Of a DNA stretch of 58,827 nt, positions 1-10,594 are shown piece by piece. A program made the position numbers and the translations under genes. The DNA is from Chthoniobacteraceae bacterium. GTDB taxonomy: Bacteria; Verrucomicrobiota; Verrucomicrobiia; Chthoniobacterales; Chthoniobacteraceae. The notes below the pieces were generated by a model, which worked only from the letters and a program-made list of their open reading frames with translations, ran no database searches and was not told the origin of the DNA. The stretch is from positions 1 to 58,827 of the forward strand of contig JBEBGD010000025.1 of assembly GCA_040081625.1 (NCBI GenBank), given 5' to 3'. Every line of letters starts with the position of its first letter. Positions within the stretch are counted from its first letter, which is position 1.

Positions 1-288
1 CCAACACCAATGCCGCTACCCACGCCCGCTCCTCCCGAGCCGGCGCCTGACCCGGCACCGACCACGACGCTCATTCCCGCTGCATCGCCGACACCGAAGA
101 AAGCCCCCGAGCCCGATCGCCCGCGCGACGAACCGAAGCCGCGCGAACAAAAGCCGAAGCCAGCACCGCCACTCACTCGCGGCGGAGCACCGCCGCGGCG
201 GCAGGCCACGAGCGCCATCGCCACTCCGCTCCCTGCGCGCAGCACGCCCCCTCGCAAGCCATCCGTGCCGATCGGCGGCGGCAGGTGA
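1..288 (+). CDS. C-terminal Pro-rich tail of a gene truncated by the window edge
   Basis: Open frame from base 1; Pro/Ala/Thr-rich; its TGA overlaps the tdh GTG (GTGA at 285-288). Confidence 0.55.
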   Translation, partial: PTPMPLPTPAPPEPAPDPAPTTTLIPAASPTPKKAPEPDRPRDEPKPREQKPKPAPPLTRGGAPPRRQATSAIATPLPARSTPPRKPSVPIGGGR

Positions 289-1313
289 AGGCTCTCGTCA
301 AAACCAAAGCCGAGCCGGGCCTCTGGCTCGAAGATGTCCCCGAGCCCGCCTGCGGCATCAACGACGTGCTCATCCGCGTCCACAAGACCGGCATCTGCGG
401 CACCGACCTGCACATCTACAATTGGGACGCTTGGGCGCAGAAGACCATCCCGGTGCCGATGATCGTCGGCCACGAATTCGTCGGCGATATCGTCAGCGTC
501 GGCTCGAACGTCAGCGATTTCTTCCCCGGCGAGATCGTCAGCGGCGAAGGCCACGTCGTCTGCGGACGCTGCCGCAATTGCCTCGCGGGACGCCGCCACC
601 TTTGCGCGCACACCAGCGGCATCGGCGTGAACCGGCCCGGCGCCTTCGCCGAATACCTCGCGCTGCCGATGACCAACATCTGGCATCAGCAACCCGGCAT
701 CGACGAAGACATCGCCGCCATCTTCGACCCGCTCGGCAACGCCGTTCACACCGCGCTCAGCTTCGACGTGCTCGGCGAAGACGTGCTCATCACCGGCGCC
801 GGCCCGATCGGCTGCATGGCCGCCGCGGTCGTGAAGCACGCGGGTGCGCGCTTCGTCGTCGTCACCGACATCAACGACACGCGCCTCGCGGTCGCGCGCG
901 AACTCGGCGCCGACGTGACGGTGAACGTAGCGCAGCGCCGCATCGCCGATGTTCAAAAGGAACTCGGGATGCAGGAAGGCTTCGACGTCGGCCTCGAGAT
1001 GAGCGGCAGCCCCGCGGCCTTCCGCGAGATGATCGACAACATGTGCCACGGCGGAAAGATCGCGATGCTCGGCATTCCCAGCGAGCAGATCGCGATCGAC
1101 TGGAACAAGGTCGTCTTCAACATGCTGACCATCAAAGGCATCTACGGCCGGGAGATGTATGAGACGTGGTATAAGATGAGCGTCATGATCCAGAGCGGCC
1201 TCGACATCGCGCCGGTCATCACCCACCGGCTGCACTTCACCGAATTCGAGCAGGGCTTCGCCGCGATGAAATCCGGCGCGAGCGGCAAGGTGATCCTCGA
1301 TTGGAACTCATGA
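285..1313 (+). CDS. tdh: L-threonine 3-dehydrogenase
   Basis: Zn-ADH motifs [29 protein letters not shown]-terminal [14 protein letters not shown]; coupled to kbl. Confidence 0.97.
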   Translation: MKALVKTKAEPGLWLEDVPEPACGINDVLIRVHKTGICGTDLHIYNWDAWAQKTIPVPMIVGHEFVGDIVSVGSNVSDFFPGEIVSGEGHVVCGRCRNCLAGRRHLCAHTSGIGVNRPGAFAEYLALPMTNIWHQQPGIDEDIAAIFDPLGNAVHTALSFDVLGEDVLITGAGPIGCMAAAVVKHAGARFVVVTDINDTRLAVARELGADVTVNVAQRRIADVQKELGMQEGFDVGLEMSGSPAAFREMIDNMCHGGKIAMLGIPSEQIAIDWNKVVFNMLTIKGIYGREMYETWYKMSVMIQSGLDIAPVITHRLHFTEFEQGFAAMKSGASGKVILDWNS

Positions 1314-2494
1314 ACGCGATCTTCCGAAACCAGCTCAAGGCGCAGCTCGAAGCCATCACCGCCGCCGGCACCCACAAGGCCGAGCGCTTCATCCGGACGC
1401 CGCAGGGCGTGCGCATCAAGCTCGATGACGGACGCGAAGTGCTGAACCTCTGCGCGAATAACTACCTCGGCCTCGCGCAGCATCCCGACGTGCTCGCCGC
1501 CGCGCACGAGGCGCTCGATCGGTGGGGCTACGGCCTCGCGAGTGTGCGCTTCATCTGCGGCACGCAGAGCGTCCACAAGCAGCTCGAGGCGAAGCTCAGC
1601 GAGTTTCTCGGCACCGACGACACCATCCTCTACTCGTCGTGCTTCGACGCGAATGGCGGCCTGTTCGAGACGCTGCTCGGGCCGGAGGACGCGATCATTT
1701 CCGACGAGCTGAACCACGCGTCGATCATCGATGGCATCCGCCTCTGCAAGGCGCAGCGCCATCGCTACCGCAACGGCGACATGGTCGATCTCGAGGCGAA
1801 GCTGCTCGACGCCAGCACCGCGCGCTTTCGCCTCATCGCGACCGATGGCGTCTTCTCGATGGACGGATTCATCGCAAACCTGAAGGCGATTTGCGACCTC
1901 GCCGATCGCCACGACGCGCTCGTTATGGTCGATGACTCGCACGCCGTCGGTTTCATGGGCGCGCACGGCTGCGGCACGCACGAGCACTGCGACGTGATGG
2001 GGCGCATCGACATCCTCACCGGGACGCTCGGCAAGGCGCTCGGCGGGGCGAGCGGCGGCTACGCGAGCGGCCGGCGCGAGATCGTCGAGCTCCTGCGCCA
2101 GCGCTCGCGCCCCTACCTTTTCTCAAACACGCTCTGCCCGACGATCGCCGCCGCGAGCCTCAAGGTGCTCGACCTGCTCATGGCTTCGACCGCGCTGCGC
2201 GATCAACTCGCAGCCAACACCGCATTCTTCCGCGAAGAGATGGCGCTCGCCGGTTTCGCGCTGCTGCCCGGCGAGCATCCCATCGTGCCGATCATGCTCG
2301 GCGACGCCGCGCTCGCGAGCCGCTTCGCCGACGCGATGCTCGACGAAGGCGTCTATGTCGTCGGCTTCAGCTACCCGGTCGTGCCGCAAGGCCGCGCGCG
2401 CATCCGCTGCCAGCTCAGCGCCGCGCACACGCGCGACGACCTCGCGTTCGCCGTCGAGAAATTCGCGAAGGTCAGCCACATCGTGATGGCGTGA
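1310..2494 (+). CDS. kbl: 2-amino-3-ketobutyrate CoA ligase (glycine C-acetyltransferase)
   Basis: [25 protein letters not shown] lysine in [21 protein letters not shown] 1310 overlaps the tdh stop. Confidence 0.96.
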   Translation: MNAIFRNQLKAQLEAITAAGTHKAERFIRTPQGVRIKLDDGREVLNLCANNYLGLAQHPDVLAAAHEALDRWGYGLASVRFICGTQSVHKQLEAKLSEFLGTDDTILYSSCFDANGGLFETLLGPEDAIISDELNHASIIDGIRLCKAQRHRYRNGDMVDLEAKLLDASTARFRLIATDGVFSMDGFIANLKAICDLADRHDALVMVDDSHAVGFMGAHGCGTHEHCDVMGRIDILTGTLGKALGGASGGYASGRREIVELLRQRSRPYLFSNTLCPTIAAASLKVLDLLMASTALRDQLAANTAFFREEMALAGFALLPGEHPIVPIMLGDAALASRFADAMLDEGVYVVGFSYPVVPQGRARIRCQLSAAHTRDDLAFAVEKFAKVSHIVMA

Positions 2495-2585
2495 GCCCCG
2501 AACTGCCCGGCAAGGACACCGTCCCGCGTTACGTGCCCTTCGGCGCCACCCGCGTTCGCGTCGATGATCTGCGCACAGAGTCGAC

Positions 2586-4124
2586 CTAGAACTGGAAGTA
2601 GATGAATGCCTTGTAGTGCTGCGGCACGAAGTAGAGCGCCAGCGCGAGGCCGGCGCCGAGGAGCGCGGCGTAGAGCCAGTCGGGGATGCGCCGCCACCAC
2701 GTCGCGAATACTTTCCGCGAAGCGAGCCAGTGGATGACAACAAGCGCGGCGAAGAGCCACAGGCACGCGCTGTCGAATTTCTTCCCGCCGTTCTCCTGGA
2801 AGAAGACGAACGACTTGAGCGTGGTCCACGCGACCTCGAAGCCCGACATTTTCACCATGTGCGTCTTCGCGTCGATGATCGGCTGGGCACGGAAGAAGAT
2901 CCACGTAATGCACACCCAGTAGAAGCACAGCACCGGACCAAGATAGACCCGCGCACGCTGCCACCACGCGCCGGCGCGGTCGGCGATGCGTTCGTATTCG
3001 CGATGCACGATCAGCGCGAGGCCGTGCAGACCGCCCCAGATCACGAACGTCCACGACGCACCGTGCCACAGGCCACCGAGCAGCATCGTGAGCATGAGGT
3101 TGCGATACGTGAAGAACTTCGAGCCGCGGTTGCCGCCGAGCGGGATGTAGAGGTAATCGCGCAGCCACGTGCTGAGCGAGATGTGCCAGCGCTTCCAGAA
3201 GTCGGTGATGTTCTTCGCGAAATACGGGAAGTCGAAGTTCAGCGTCAGCTCGTAGCCGAGCAGCCGTGCGCTCGCGATGGCCATGTCGGAGTAGCCGCTG
3301 AAGTCGCAGTAGATCTGCACGGCGTAGAAGAACACGCCGATGAACGTGGCGGTGACGCCGTAGCGCGTCGGGTCGTTGAAGAACGCGTCGGCGACGGGCG
3401 CGACGTTCTCGGAGATGCACGCCTTTTTCACGAAGCCGATGAAGAAGAGCGTGAGGCACGCGCGCACATCGACGCGCGCCCACACTCGCTTCTCGACGAG
3501 CTGCGGGAGGAAGGTCATCGCACGCACGATCGGGCCGGCGACGAGCTGCGGAAAAAATGAGATGAACGTTGCGAGGTCGAGGAAGCTGCGGACGGGTTCG
3601 ACGCGGCGTCGAAAGACGTCGATCGAGTAGCTCATCGACTGGAACGTGTAGAAGCTGATGCCGTAGGGCAGGAAGATGGCGAGGGTGCCTTTGCTCGTGT
3701 GCAGACCGAACCACGCGAGCGCGGCGTAGATCGAGTCGGTGAAGAAGTTGAAGTATTTGAAGAACCCGAGCACGCCGAGGTTCATGGCGAGCGAGACGAA
3801 CAGCCACGCGCGCCGCTTCCACTGCTCCTGCGAATTGCCGATCCCGAGGCCGACGACGTAGTCCATGATCGTGCTGCCCCAGAGCACGAACGGAAACCAC
3901 CAGCCGGTCGGCAGCGGCTTGCTGGTGGTGAGCGCGTCGTAGAAAGTGATGGGCGGAAACTGCTCCGCGGATGCGCTGTCCGGTCCGCCGATGAAAAGGC
4001 ACGCGTAGAAAAAGTGCGACGCGCACAGCACCCAGACTTTGCGCGCGGTGTTGCCGCGCAGTGCCCAGTGCACCGCGAGGACGATGAGGAAGAAGATGAC
4101 GAAGCGGAACTGGACGAAGAGCAT
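2586..4124 (-). CDS. MBOAT family O-acyltransferase (AlgI/DltB-like)
   Basis: LPYGISFYTFQSMSY, FFPQLVAGPI, QIYCDFSGYSDMA, FWKRWHISLSTWLRDYLYIPLGGNR, GLWHGA, C-terminal FIYFQF. Confidence 0.95.
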   Translation of the reverse strand: MLFVQFRFVIFFLIVLAVHWALRGNTARKVWVLCASHFFYACLFIGGPDSASAEQFPPITFYDALTTSKPLPTGWWFPFVLWGSTIMDYVVGLGIGNSQEQWKRRAWLFVSLAMNLGVLGFFKYFNFFTDSIYAALAWFGLHTSKGTLAIFLPYGISFYTFQSMSYSIDVFRRRVEPVRSFLDLATFISFFPQLVAGPIVRAMTFLPQLVEKRVWARVDVRACLTLFFIGFVKKACISENVAPVADAFFNDPTRYGVTATFIGVFFYAVQIYCDFSGYSDMAIASARLLGYELTLNFDFPYFAKNITDFWKRWHISLSTWLRDYLYIPLGGNRGSKFFTYRNLMLTMLLGGLWHGASWTFVIWGGLHGLALIVHREYERIADRAGAWWQRARVYLGPVLCFYWVCITWIFFRAQPIIDAKTHMVKMSGFEVAWTTLKSFVFFQENGGKKFDSACLWLFAALVVIHWLASRKVFATWWRRIPDWLYAALLGAGLALALYFVPQHYKAFIYFQF

Positions 4125-5180
4125 CTAGCGGGTGGTTGGTGGTTGGGTCTTCGCGAGTTCGATGAACTTCTCCGCGAGGCGGCGCGTGTAGAGCTCGGCG
4201 CCCTTTGCGTTCATGTGCGCGATGTCGGTGCGGTGTTCCTTCGCGAAGAGCTCCGGGAACTTGACCAAATCGCGGAAGTCGAACGTCGGCACGCCAAGCT
4301 CCGGGGCGGGATGGCCGCTGAGCTCGCCGGTGGTCGGCGCGACGATGAAGATCGTGCGCGCGCCGGCCTTGCGCGCGAAGCGCAACTGCCGCTCGAAGCT
4401 CTCCAGCGAGTATGGCCGCAGCGGCACGACGCGCGTCGGCGTTTTCACTCGTTCGGCATACTCACGCTCGTAGCGCTCTAGCTCGTGGCCGCGCATGACG
4501 CCGTCGCCGCTGCTGGGCTCGAAGCCATCGGCGGCGAGGCCGAGGAAGCCTGCGTTTGAAGGCGTGTTGAAAACCACGCGACTCCACGCGCTCGAGCCGC
4601 GGCCGATGTTCAGCGCCTTGAGCAGGAACACGTGGAGGTGGGTGAGCGCGTTCGAGGCGGGGCTTGGCTTTTCGTCGTCAGGCTCGAACCACTTGCTCCA
4701 TTTCACGCCCCGCTTTTTTGGCCAGAGCGTCTCGCGCAGGCAAAGCCGGGTGCGTGTCCAGTCGTGCCAGTAAATGGTGCGCACGCTCGTGGGTGGGCGC
4801 CCCTCGAAGCCGCTGATGAAGAGGCCCTGCTCGATGAAAACCCAGCGCAGGTTTCGCGGCGGATCGCGAAGCAGTGCCTCGGCGACGTAGGCATCCTCGG
4901 GCGGGAACATCGCGTCCACGCCGAAATTGTAGGAGCGCGTCGGCACGCCGGCCCCGGCGGTAAGCTGATCGAAGATCGACGGCATGACGCCTCGAAAGGT
5001 GCGGCTGGTGCCGATGAAGAGCGTGTCGAACTCGTCCTTGTGTGCGCGCCAGTGCGTCCACTTTTCGCCGACCACCGGCACGTCGCGGAGCGGCTCGATG
5101 GGGCCGAGCAGCGTGGCGAGCCCCGCGAGTGCGGCGAAGAAGATGAGGATGACGACCAGGGGACGAATGAGACGCGTCAT
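4125..5180 (-). CDS. Membrane-anchored SGNH/DltD-like protein, probable MBOAT partner
   Basis: N-terminal TM; FIGTSR, YNFG and C-terminal DIAHMN motifs; abuts the MBOAT start. Confidence 0.65.
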   Translation of the reverse strand: MTRLIRPLVVILIFFAALAGLATLLGPIEPLRDVPVVGEKWTHWRAHKDEFDTLFIGTSRTFRGVMPSIFDQLTAGAGVPTRSYNFGVDAMFPPEDAYVAEALLRDPPRNLRWVFIEQGLFISGFEGRPPTSVRTIYWHDWTRTRLCLRETLWPKKRGVKWSKWFEPDDEKPSPASNALTHLHVFLLKALNIGRGSSAWSRVVFNTPSNAGFLGLAADGFEPSSGDGVMRGHELERYEREYAERVKTPTRVVPLRPYSLESFERQLRFARKAGARTIFIVAPTTGELSGHPAPELGVPTFDFRDLVKFPELFAKEHRTDIAHMNAKGAELYTRRLAEKFIELAKTQPPTTR

Positions 5181-6238
5181 TGCTTGAGCAGCGCTGCGAA
5201 GCGCTCCGCGAGGAGGTCGGTGAAAATCTGCGCGCCTTCGTGGTTGAGGTGCGCGGCGTCGTAGTGGTGCGCCGGATCATAGAGCGCCGCGTATCGATCC
5301 GCGTCGTCGTAGCGCCAGACGGCGACGCCTTCCGGCAAGCCGCTGAAGTTTTCCTGCGGAGTCACCGTCGGCGTGAGCACGAGGATCGGCTCGATCTTCG
5401 CAGCACGCGCCTCGGTGGTGATCTCAGCGAGCGCATTGCGCAGTGATGGTTTGATCGGCACGGGCGGCACGCCTTTCCGCCACGCGACGACGTCGCGCTC
5501 GAACTTCTCCAATTGCGGGCCCGTGAATCGCGCGAGCTTCTCGGGCTCGTAGCCCTCGGTGTCTCTCCACGCGTCGGGCGGGTCCCAACGGGATGGCTTC
5601 TTCCGCTTCTCGAGGCCGAGCTCAAACGCGAGCCACTCGGTGCCGAGGCCCTGGCTGGTCCATTGGCGCAGCAGATAGGTGGCGTGCGCGGACCACAGCG
5701 ACCACTTGAGGATCGGCCTCATGCGCAGCTCGGCGACGGCGTCCATGGCCATGCGCGTGTGCCGAATATCGTGCCAGTAGGCGATGCGGCGGGTGTGCAT
5801 GTTGCGCTCGTCGAGGTGCGGCGAGATGTCCATGCAGTCGATGAAAACCCAGCGCAGTCGCGCGGGCTTCATCGCGAGCAACTGGCGCAGCATCCAGAAA
5901 CTTTCCGGCGGCCACATCGCATCGTAGCCGAAGTTGAACGTGCGGAATTCGCGACCGGTCGCGGCCTTCACCCGCTCATCGAACTGCGCGGGAATGATCT
6001 GGTGATAAAAGCGCGACGAACCGAGGAAGATCGCGTCGTAGCGGTCCTTGTGTTTTTGGAAGTAGAGCCACTTCTGATACACGCCGAGCACCTTCGGGAA
6101 TGGCTGTGCGATGCGAATGGCCGCGCAGAGGCCCGCGAGCGCAGCGAGGAAGACGGCGCAGTTGAGCAGCGCCCGGCCGAGGCCGGGCGCGTGTCCAGAT
6201 GTTGAGCGGTCCGGCACGGCGCCGGCGGGCGGATTCAC
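5177..6238 (-). CDS. Membrane-anchored SGNH/DltD-like protein, paralogue of 4125-5180
   Basis: N-terminal TM; FLGSSR, FNFG, DAAHLN; shares LRWVFI and YWHD blocks with its neighbour. Confidence 0.65.
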   Translation of the reverse strand: MNPPAGAVPDRSTSGHAPGLGRALLNCAVFLAALAGLCAAIRIAQPFPKVLGVYQKWLYFQKHKDRYDAIFLGSSRFYHQIIPAQFDERVKAATGREFRTFNFGYDAMWPPESFWMLRQLLAMKPARLRWVFIDCMDISPHLDERNMHTRRIAYWHDIRHTRMAMDAVAELRMRPILKWSLWSAHATYLLRQWTSQGLGTEWLAFELGLEKRKKPSRWDPPDAWRDTEGYEPEKLARFTGPQLEKFERDVVAWRKGVPPVPIKPSLRNALAEITTEARAAKIEPILVLTPTVTPQENFSGLPEGVAVWRYDDADRYAALYDPAHHYDAAHLNHEGAQIFTDLLAERFAALLKQ

Positions 6239-6361
6239 GGGCCGCGGATGTTAGAAGCGGAGCCTGCGCCTGCAAGGACTTTGGGCTGCGTTCATCATGT
6301 CGCGGCGATGCGGGTCGAGTTGGACAGGCGCGGGCGCGGCTGCTAAGTCGCGCGCGCCCCG

Positions 6362-7012
6362 ATGCATTTCCGAATTTTCCTCGCACTCCTATGTCCGCTG
6401 CTGGTGTGCGCAGAGGAGGGGCAGGATGGGAGCAAGGCGAAGGAGGCGATGGTGGAGTTGAAGCAGTTCACGCCGCGCATCGTCGTCGGGCTGCGGTATG
6501 CGACACGGGACAATCTCGCCAGGCGCACGATCTATCCGAAGAACGCGCGCGCCTTCGTCCGCCGCGGCGTGGCGGAGCGGCTCAAGCGCGCGCAGGACTG
6601 GCTCGACTCGAACGCGCCGCGCGGCACGCGGCTGAAGATCTGGGACGCGTGGCGGCCGCAGTGGGCGCACAAGATCCTGTGGAGTGTGCTGCCGGATCGC
6701 GAGTATCTCGGCGATCCGCGCAACGGCGGTTCGCTGCACACGTGGGGCGTGGCCGTGGACGTGACGCTGGTCAATTCCGCCGGCCGCGAATTGAAGATGC
6801 CGACGGATTTCGACGAGATCGGCCCGGCTTCAAAGACCTATTACAAGGGCAAGGATCCCGACATCGCGCGCAACCTCTACTGGCTTCAGGCGGCGATGAG
6901 CAAGGCGGGCTTCTACGTCGTGCGGGATGAGTGGTGGCACTTCTGCGCGCGCGACTGGAAAGCGTATGGGGAGGTCGATATGTCGATCACCGGCGACGCG
7001 GTGCCGGATTAA
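6362..7012 (+). CDS. ddpX: D-Ala-D-Ala dipeptidase, peptidase M15D (VanX/DdpX family), with signal peptide
   Basis: LRYAT..N, WDAWRP, SLHTWGVAVD (SxHxxGxAxD), EWWHF. Confidence 0.88.
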   Translation: MHFRIFLALLCPLLVCAEEGQDGSKAKEAMVELKQFTPRIVVGLRYATRDNLARRTIYPKNARAFVRRGVAERLKRAQDWLDSNAPRGTRLKIWDAWRPQWAHKILWSVLPDREYLGDPRNGGSLHTWGVAVDVTLVNSAGRELKMPTDFDEIGPASKTYYKGKDPDIARNLYWLQAAMSKAGFYVVRDEWWHFCARDWKAYGEVDMSITGDAVPD

Positions 7013-7014
7013 TA

Positions 7015-7569
7015 CTACCCGCGGGTTTCCTTCTGGAGCCGCTTGAGTTTGCTCGCGAGGGCGGTCTTGGTCGCGGAGGTCATCCGGTCGATGAAGAGCA
7101 CGCCGTGAAGGTGATCGACCTCGTGCTGAAGCGCGCGGGCGAGCAGGCCGGTCGCCTCGAATTCGATCTCGTCGCCGTCGAGGGTCTGCGCCCGCGCCGT
7201 CACGTGCGGCGCGCGGGCGATGTCGCCGGTGATCTCCGGGAAGCTCAGGCAACCCTCAAGGCCCATTTCCTTTTCGCCGCTCAGCTCGAGCTCGGGATTG
7301 ACGAGCACCAGCGGCATGTATTCCTCGACGTTTACCGGTTCGCCTTTGACCGACATCGTGCTCGGGCGATCCTCGATGCCGGCTACATCGACGACCGCGA
7401 GCTGGATGGGCATGCCGACTTGCTGCGCGGCCAGGCCGACGCCGTTCGCCGATTCCATCGTCTGGATCATGTCCGAGGCGAGCGTGCGGAGCTTGTCATC
7501 GATCTTCCTGATCTCCGAGCCCTTCAGCCGCAGGGTGGGATGGCCGTATTTTATGATGCGCAGAATCAT
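7015..7569 (-). CDS. def: Peptide deformylase
   Basis: GVGLAAQQ, EGCLS, QHEVDHLHG motifs. Confidence 0.97.
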   Translation of the reverse strand: MILRIIKYGHPTLRLKGSEIRKIDDKLRTLASDMIQTMESANGVGLAAQQVGMPIQLAVVDVAGIEDRPSTMSVKGEPVNVEEYMPLVLVNPELELSGEKEMGLEGCLSFPEITGDIARAPHVTARAQTLDGDEIEFEATGLLARALQHEVDHLHGVLFIDRMTSATKTALASKLKRLQKETRG

Positions 7570-7571
7570 CT

Positions 7572-7988
7572 CTATTTCTTGATTTCGGTGAATGCGGAAA
7601 GGTTGCCTTTGACGCCGCTTTCCTTGAGCACGTCGAGCACGCGGATGATGACGCCGAAGGGCGCCTTCCTGTCCGCATTGAGCGCGAGCGTCGGTGGCGG
7701 CGAGAGCTTCAGCAGCTCGATGATGGCGGGCTTGAGCTCCTCGATCGTGACCGGTCTCTCGTCGAGAAAAAGCTCCTCGGTCTCGGCGACGCTGAGCACG
7801 ACTGTCTTCGTGGAGCTTTTCTCGGCGACGACGGCGGTCTTCGACTCGGGCAGCTTGATGGTGACGCTCGCGTCGTGCTTTTTGAACTGCGTGGTCATCA
7901 CCATGAAGATGAGCAGGATCGCGAAAATATCGATCAGCGCGACGATGATGACTTCCGGCCTGCGGCGGCGCTTTGGGTGGAAGTTCAC
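7572..7988 (-). CDS. exbD: ExbD/TolR biopolymer transport protein
   Basis: GTG at 7988 overlaps the exbB stop; TM ALIDIFAILLIFM with conserved Asp; LNADRKAPFG. Confidence 0.88.
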   Translation of the reverse strand: MNFHPKRRRRPEVIIVALIDIFAILLIFMVMTTQFKKHDASVTIKLPESKTAVVAEKSSTKTVVLSVAETEELFLDERPVTIEELKPAIIELLKLSPPPTLALNADRKAPFGVIIRVLDVLKESGVKGNLSAFTEIKK

Positions 7989-8719
7989 GGCATCTCGTCC
8001 TCGGTGCCGCTGGTGATCTCGACGAGCGACGGCATGGTCTTGCCGCGCGCGGCGAAGCGCTGCTTCTGGTGGTAGCACTTGGCGAGCAGCTCGCTGATGA
8101 GCGACTCCATGTCGGAGGCCATCGTCTCGACCTTCTTCGAGAAGTAGGAGTAGGCGATGAGGCTCGGGATCGCGATGGCCAGGCCGACGATCGTCGTCGA
8201 GAGCGCCTCGGAGATGCCCTTGGCCATGAGGTGCGGATCGGTGGCGGAGGCGTTCGCGCCGAATGCGGCGAACACTTTCACCAGCCCGGAGACTGCGCCG
8301 AGCAGACCGAGCAGCGGCGCGATGCCGACGATGATCTCGAGGATGAAGAGCCCGGTTTCGAGCCGGAGCACTTCGTAGCGCGCCTTGGTCTGCACGGCCT
8401 CGAGGTTTTCCATCTTCGGCCAGTTGAGGTTTTGCAGCCCGACCTGCGAGATGCGCGCGAGCGTCGAGTTGTCGTTGCGGACCATGCGCGAGAGCTTCAC
8501 GACGCCGTCGGTATCCTCGGGTTGGAGCGCCTCGATTTCGCGCTCGATGATCGGCGGCATCACCAGGTCGCGCCGCAGCGCGATGCCACGCAGGATGATG
8601 ACGGCGACGGCCACGATCGAGCAGGCGAGGAGCAGCGCCATGAAGACGCCACCCTGCGCGAAGAAATCATAGACGGCGCGGAAGCTGGAGGCGGCGAGCA
8701 CGGTGGTGGTGGGTGTCAT
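7985..8719 (-). CDS. exbB: ExbB/TolQ/MotA proton channel
   Basis: GGVFM, APLLGLLGAVSG, GISEALSTTIVGLAIAIP. Confidence 0.9.
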   Translation of the reverse strand: MTPTTTVLAASSFRAVYDFFAQGGVFMALLLACSIVAVAVIILRGIALRRDLVMPPIIEREIEALQPEDTDGVVKLSRMVRNDNSTLARISQVGLQNLNWPKMENLEAVQTKARYEVLRLETGLFILEIIVGIAPLLGLLGAVSGLVKVFAAFGANASATDPHLMAKGISEALSTTIVGLAIAIPSLIAYSYFSKKVETMASDMESLISELLAKCYHQKQRFAARGKTMPSLVEITSGTEDEMP

Positions 8720-9889
8720 TTATCGGATCGGGACGTAGTTGAAGGTGAAGTCGTGCTCAAGTTTTCCGTCCTGCATGACGGGCATGGCCTCCTCGGGCGG
8801 TGGTGCGATCTCGGCTTCGTTGACGGATTGCTGGCACATCATTCCGAAGGCGGAGTTGGACGTGTTGTTGAGCAGGCGCACGTCGAGGATTTTCCCCTCC
8901 TGCGTGATGACGAAGGCCACCTTCGCGCTGCCGGTCGAGTAGAGGTCGCGCTTCTGCTTCATGTAGAAATACCAGCGCGACGCGATCGCGGCCTTGACCT
9001 GGTTCATATAGACGCCCATCGGCGTCTTGAGCGCATCGACGCGTGCGGCGCCGCGGTTGGAGATACTGCCTTCGACGCGCGTCTTGATCTGCTGCTCCTG
9101 GAATCCGGGAGCCTGCGGCGCGGGAGTGGTCAGCTTGGCGAGCTCGGTGCGTTCCGGCTTCGGCGGCGTCATCGCGCGCGCGCGAAAGGCTGGCGTGGGC
9201 GGTGTGAGCTCGGTGACGGGACCCTCATTCGCTTCGGTCATTTTCGTCGCGACCGCGATCTGGTTGTCGTCGGGTTTCAGCACCTCAGGGGCGGGCGGTG
9301 GCGTGCTCTTCGCCGTGGGCATCGGTGTCGCGACAGGCTCCGGCGCGGGCCTGCCTTCGGCGATCGGTTTCGCAGCCTCCTGCGGCTCGGGTGCGGGCTG
9401 CATCTTCGCCGCGCCGAGCACGACGTCCTGGTCCTTGAAGTTGGCGAAGGGCAGCGCGCGCCCATCCTGCGAAGGCAGCGGCGCGTCGCCGGTCGGCGGC
9501 TTTTCGCTCGCGGCTTTCATGTCCTGGTCGGACTCGAAGATCGCGTCCTTCGGCTTCGCGTCGCTCTTCGCGAGCCCGGTGGAATCGATGACGGGCCGCT
9601 CGGCGCGCGCCTTGAGTTCCTCCGCGCTCAGCAACTCGGCGGGCTTCTCCTCGGGCGCTGAGAGATCGATGATGGTCAGCTCGAGCGGCTGCAGCTCCGC
9701 CTTCGGCTTGGCGAATTCGACGCTGATGTCCGGGATGAACCCCGCCATCGCGACGAAGAAAAGCAGCAGAAGCAGATGCACCACGAGCGACGCGACGATC
9801 GCGCCCACGGCCTGACGCCGCTGCGGGACGTTGTTGAGGTCCGGCAGCAGAGCCACAAACGGATGAGTGATGCGTTGGAGCAAAGCCAT
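8720..9889 (-). CDS. TonB/TolA-like energy transducer
   Basis: TM SLVVH motif, long Pro-rich linker, TonB_C-like domain (Y..QVKAAIASRW, V.F.I..EG.I). Confidence 0.82.
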   Translation of the reverse strand: MALLQRITHPFVALLPDLNNVPQRRQAVGAIVASLVVHLLLLLFFVAMAGFIPDISVEFAKPKAELQPLELTIIDLSAPEEKPAELLSAEELKARAERPVIDSTGLAKSDAKPKDAIFESDQDMKAASEKPPTGDAPLPSQDGRALPFANFKDQDVVLGAAKMQPAPEPQEAAKPIAEGRPAPEPVATPMPTAKSTPPPAPEVLKPDDNQIAVATKMTEANEGPVTELTPPTPAFRARAMTPPKPERTELAKLTTPAPQAPGFQEQQIKTRVEGSISNRGAARVDALKTPMGVYMNQVKAAIASRWYFYMKQKRDLYSTGSAKVAFVITQEGKILDVRLLNNTSNSAFGMMCQQSVNEAEIAPPPEEAMPVMQDGKLEHDFTFNYVPIR

Positions 9890-9892
9890 GAG

Positions 9893-10594
9893 CTACGGGA
9901 TCGCCCGGACGACAGAGCCATCCAAGGCGGCGGCGATGCTATACGCGGAACGGCGCGCGCACCACTCGACTTCTGCGCCCCGCCCGACCTCGATGAGCCG
10001 GCGTCCATTTCGCGATTCGCGCAGGGCGTCGAGCGGCTCGGGGAAAGCCTGCGCGAGGGCGCGTGCGGTGCGGGCGGCGTCGGTCAGCTCCGAACCGGGA
10101 AAGAGCGCGGCGAGATGGCCGGCGGCGCACACGTCCTCGAGCGCGAGCGTCTCGTGAGTGCCGGCGCAGACGAGCAGCACGTGCCCGGTGCTGCGCAGCG
10201 CCGCGGCGATCGCATCGAGATTGAGCAGTGCGCCGACGAGAACGCGCCCGGCGTGTTCGCACGCGCGCAGGGCGATGGTGCCATTGGTCGTCGTCCACAC
10301 GATCCGCGCGCCGGGAGAGTCGCGGTATTCGAGCGGCGAGTTGCCGAAGTCGAAGCCTTCCGGCTTCTCGCCGTCGCGCTCGCCGCCGAGCAGCGCGCCG
10401 GGGATCTGCGAGCGCAGCGCGAAGGCTTCCTCGATCGTGCGCACGGGAAGGATTTCCGCGACGCCGTGGGCGAGCGCGGTGATCATCGAGGAGGTCGCGC
10501 GCAGCACGTCGAAGACGACGCACGTCGTGGCGGAGAGATCGCGCGCGGGCAGCGTGGCGATCTCGGCGGGATCGAGAGCGGCGTCGATGATCAT
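9893..10594 (-). CDS. comB: 2-phosphosulfolactate phosphatase family
   Basis: VVFDVLRATSS, GGERDG, FDFGNSP, TTTNGT, ALEDVCAAG; ATG at 10594 overlaps the ogg stop. Confidence 0.92.
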   Translation of the reverse strand: MIIDAALDPAEIATLPARDLSATTCVVFDVLRATSSMITALAHGVAEILPVRTIEEAFALRSQIPGALLGGERDGEKPEGFDFGNSPLEYRDSPGARIVWTTTNGTIALRACEHAGRVLVGALLNLDAIAAALRSTGHVLLVCAGTHETLALEDVCAAGHLAALFPGSELTDAARTARALAQAFPEPLDALRESRNGRRLIEVGRGAEVEWCARRSAYSIAAALDGSVVRAIP

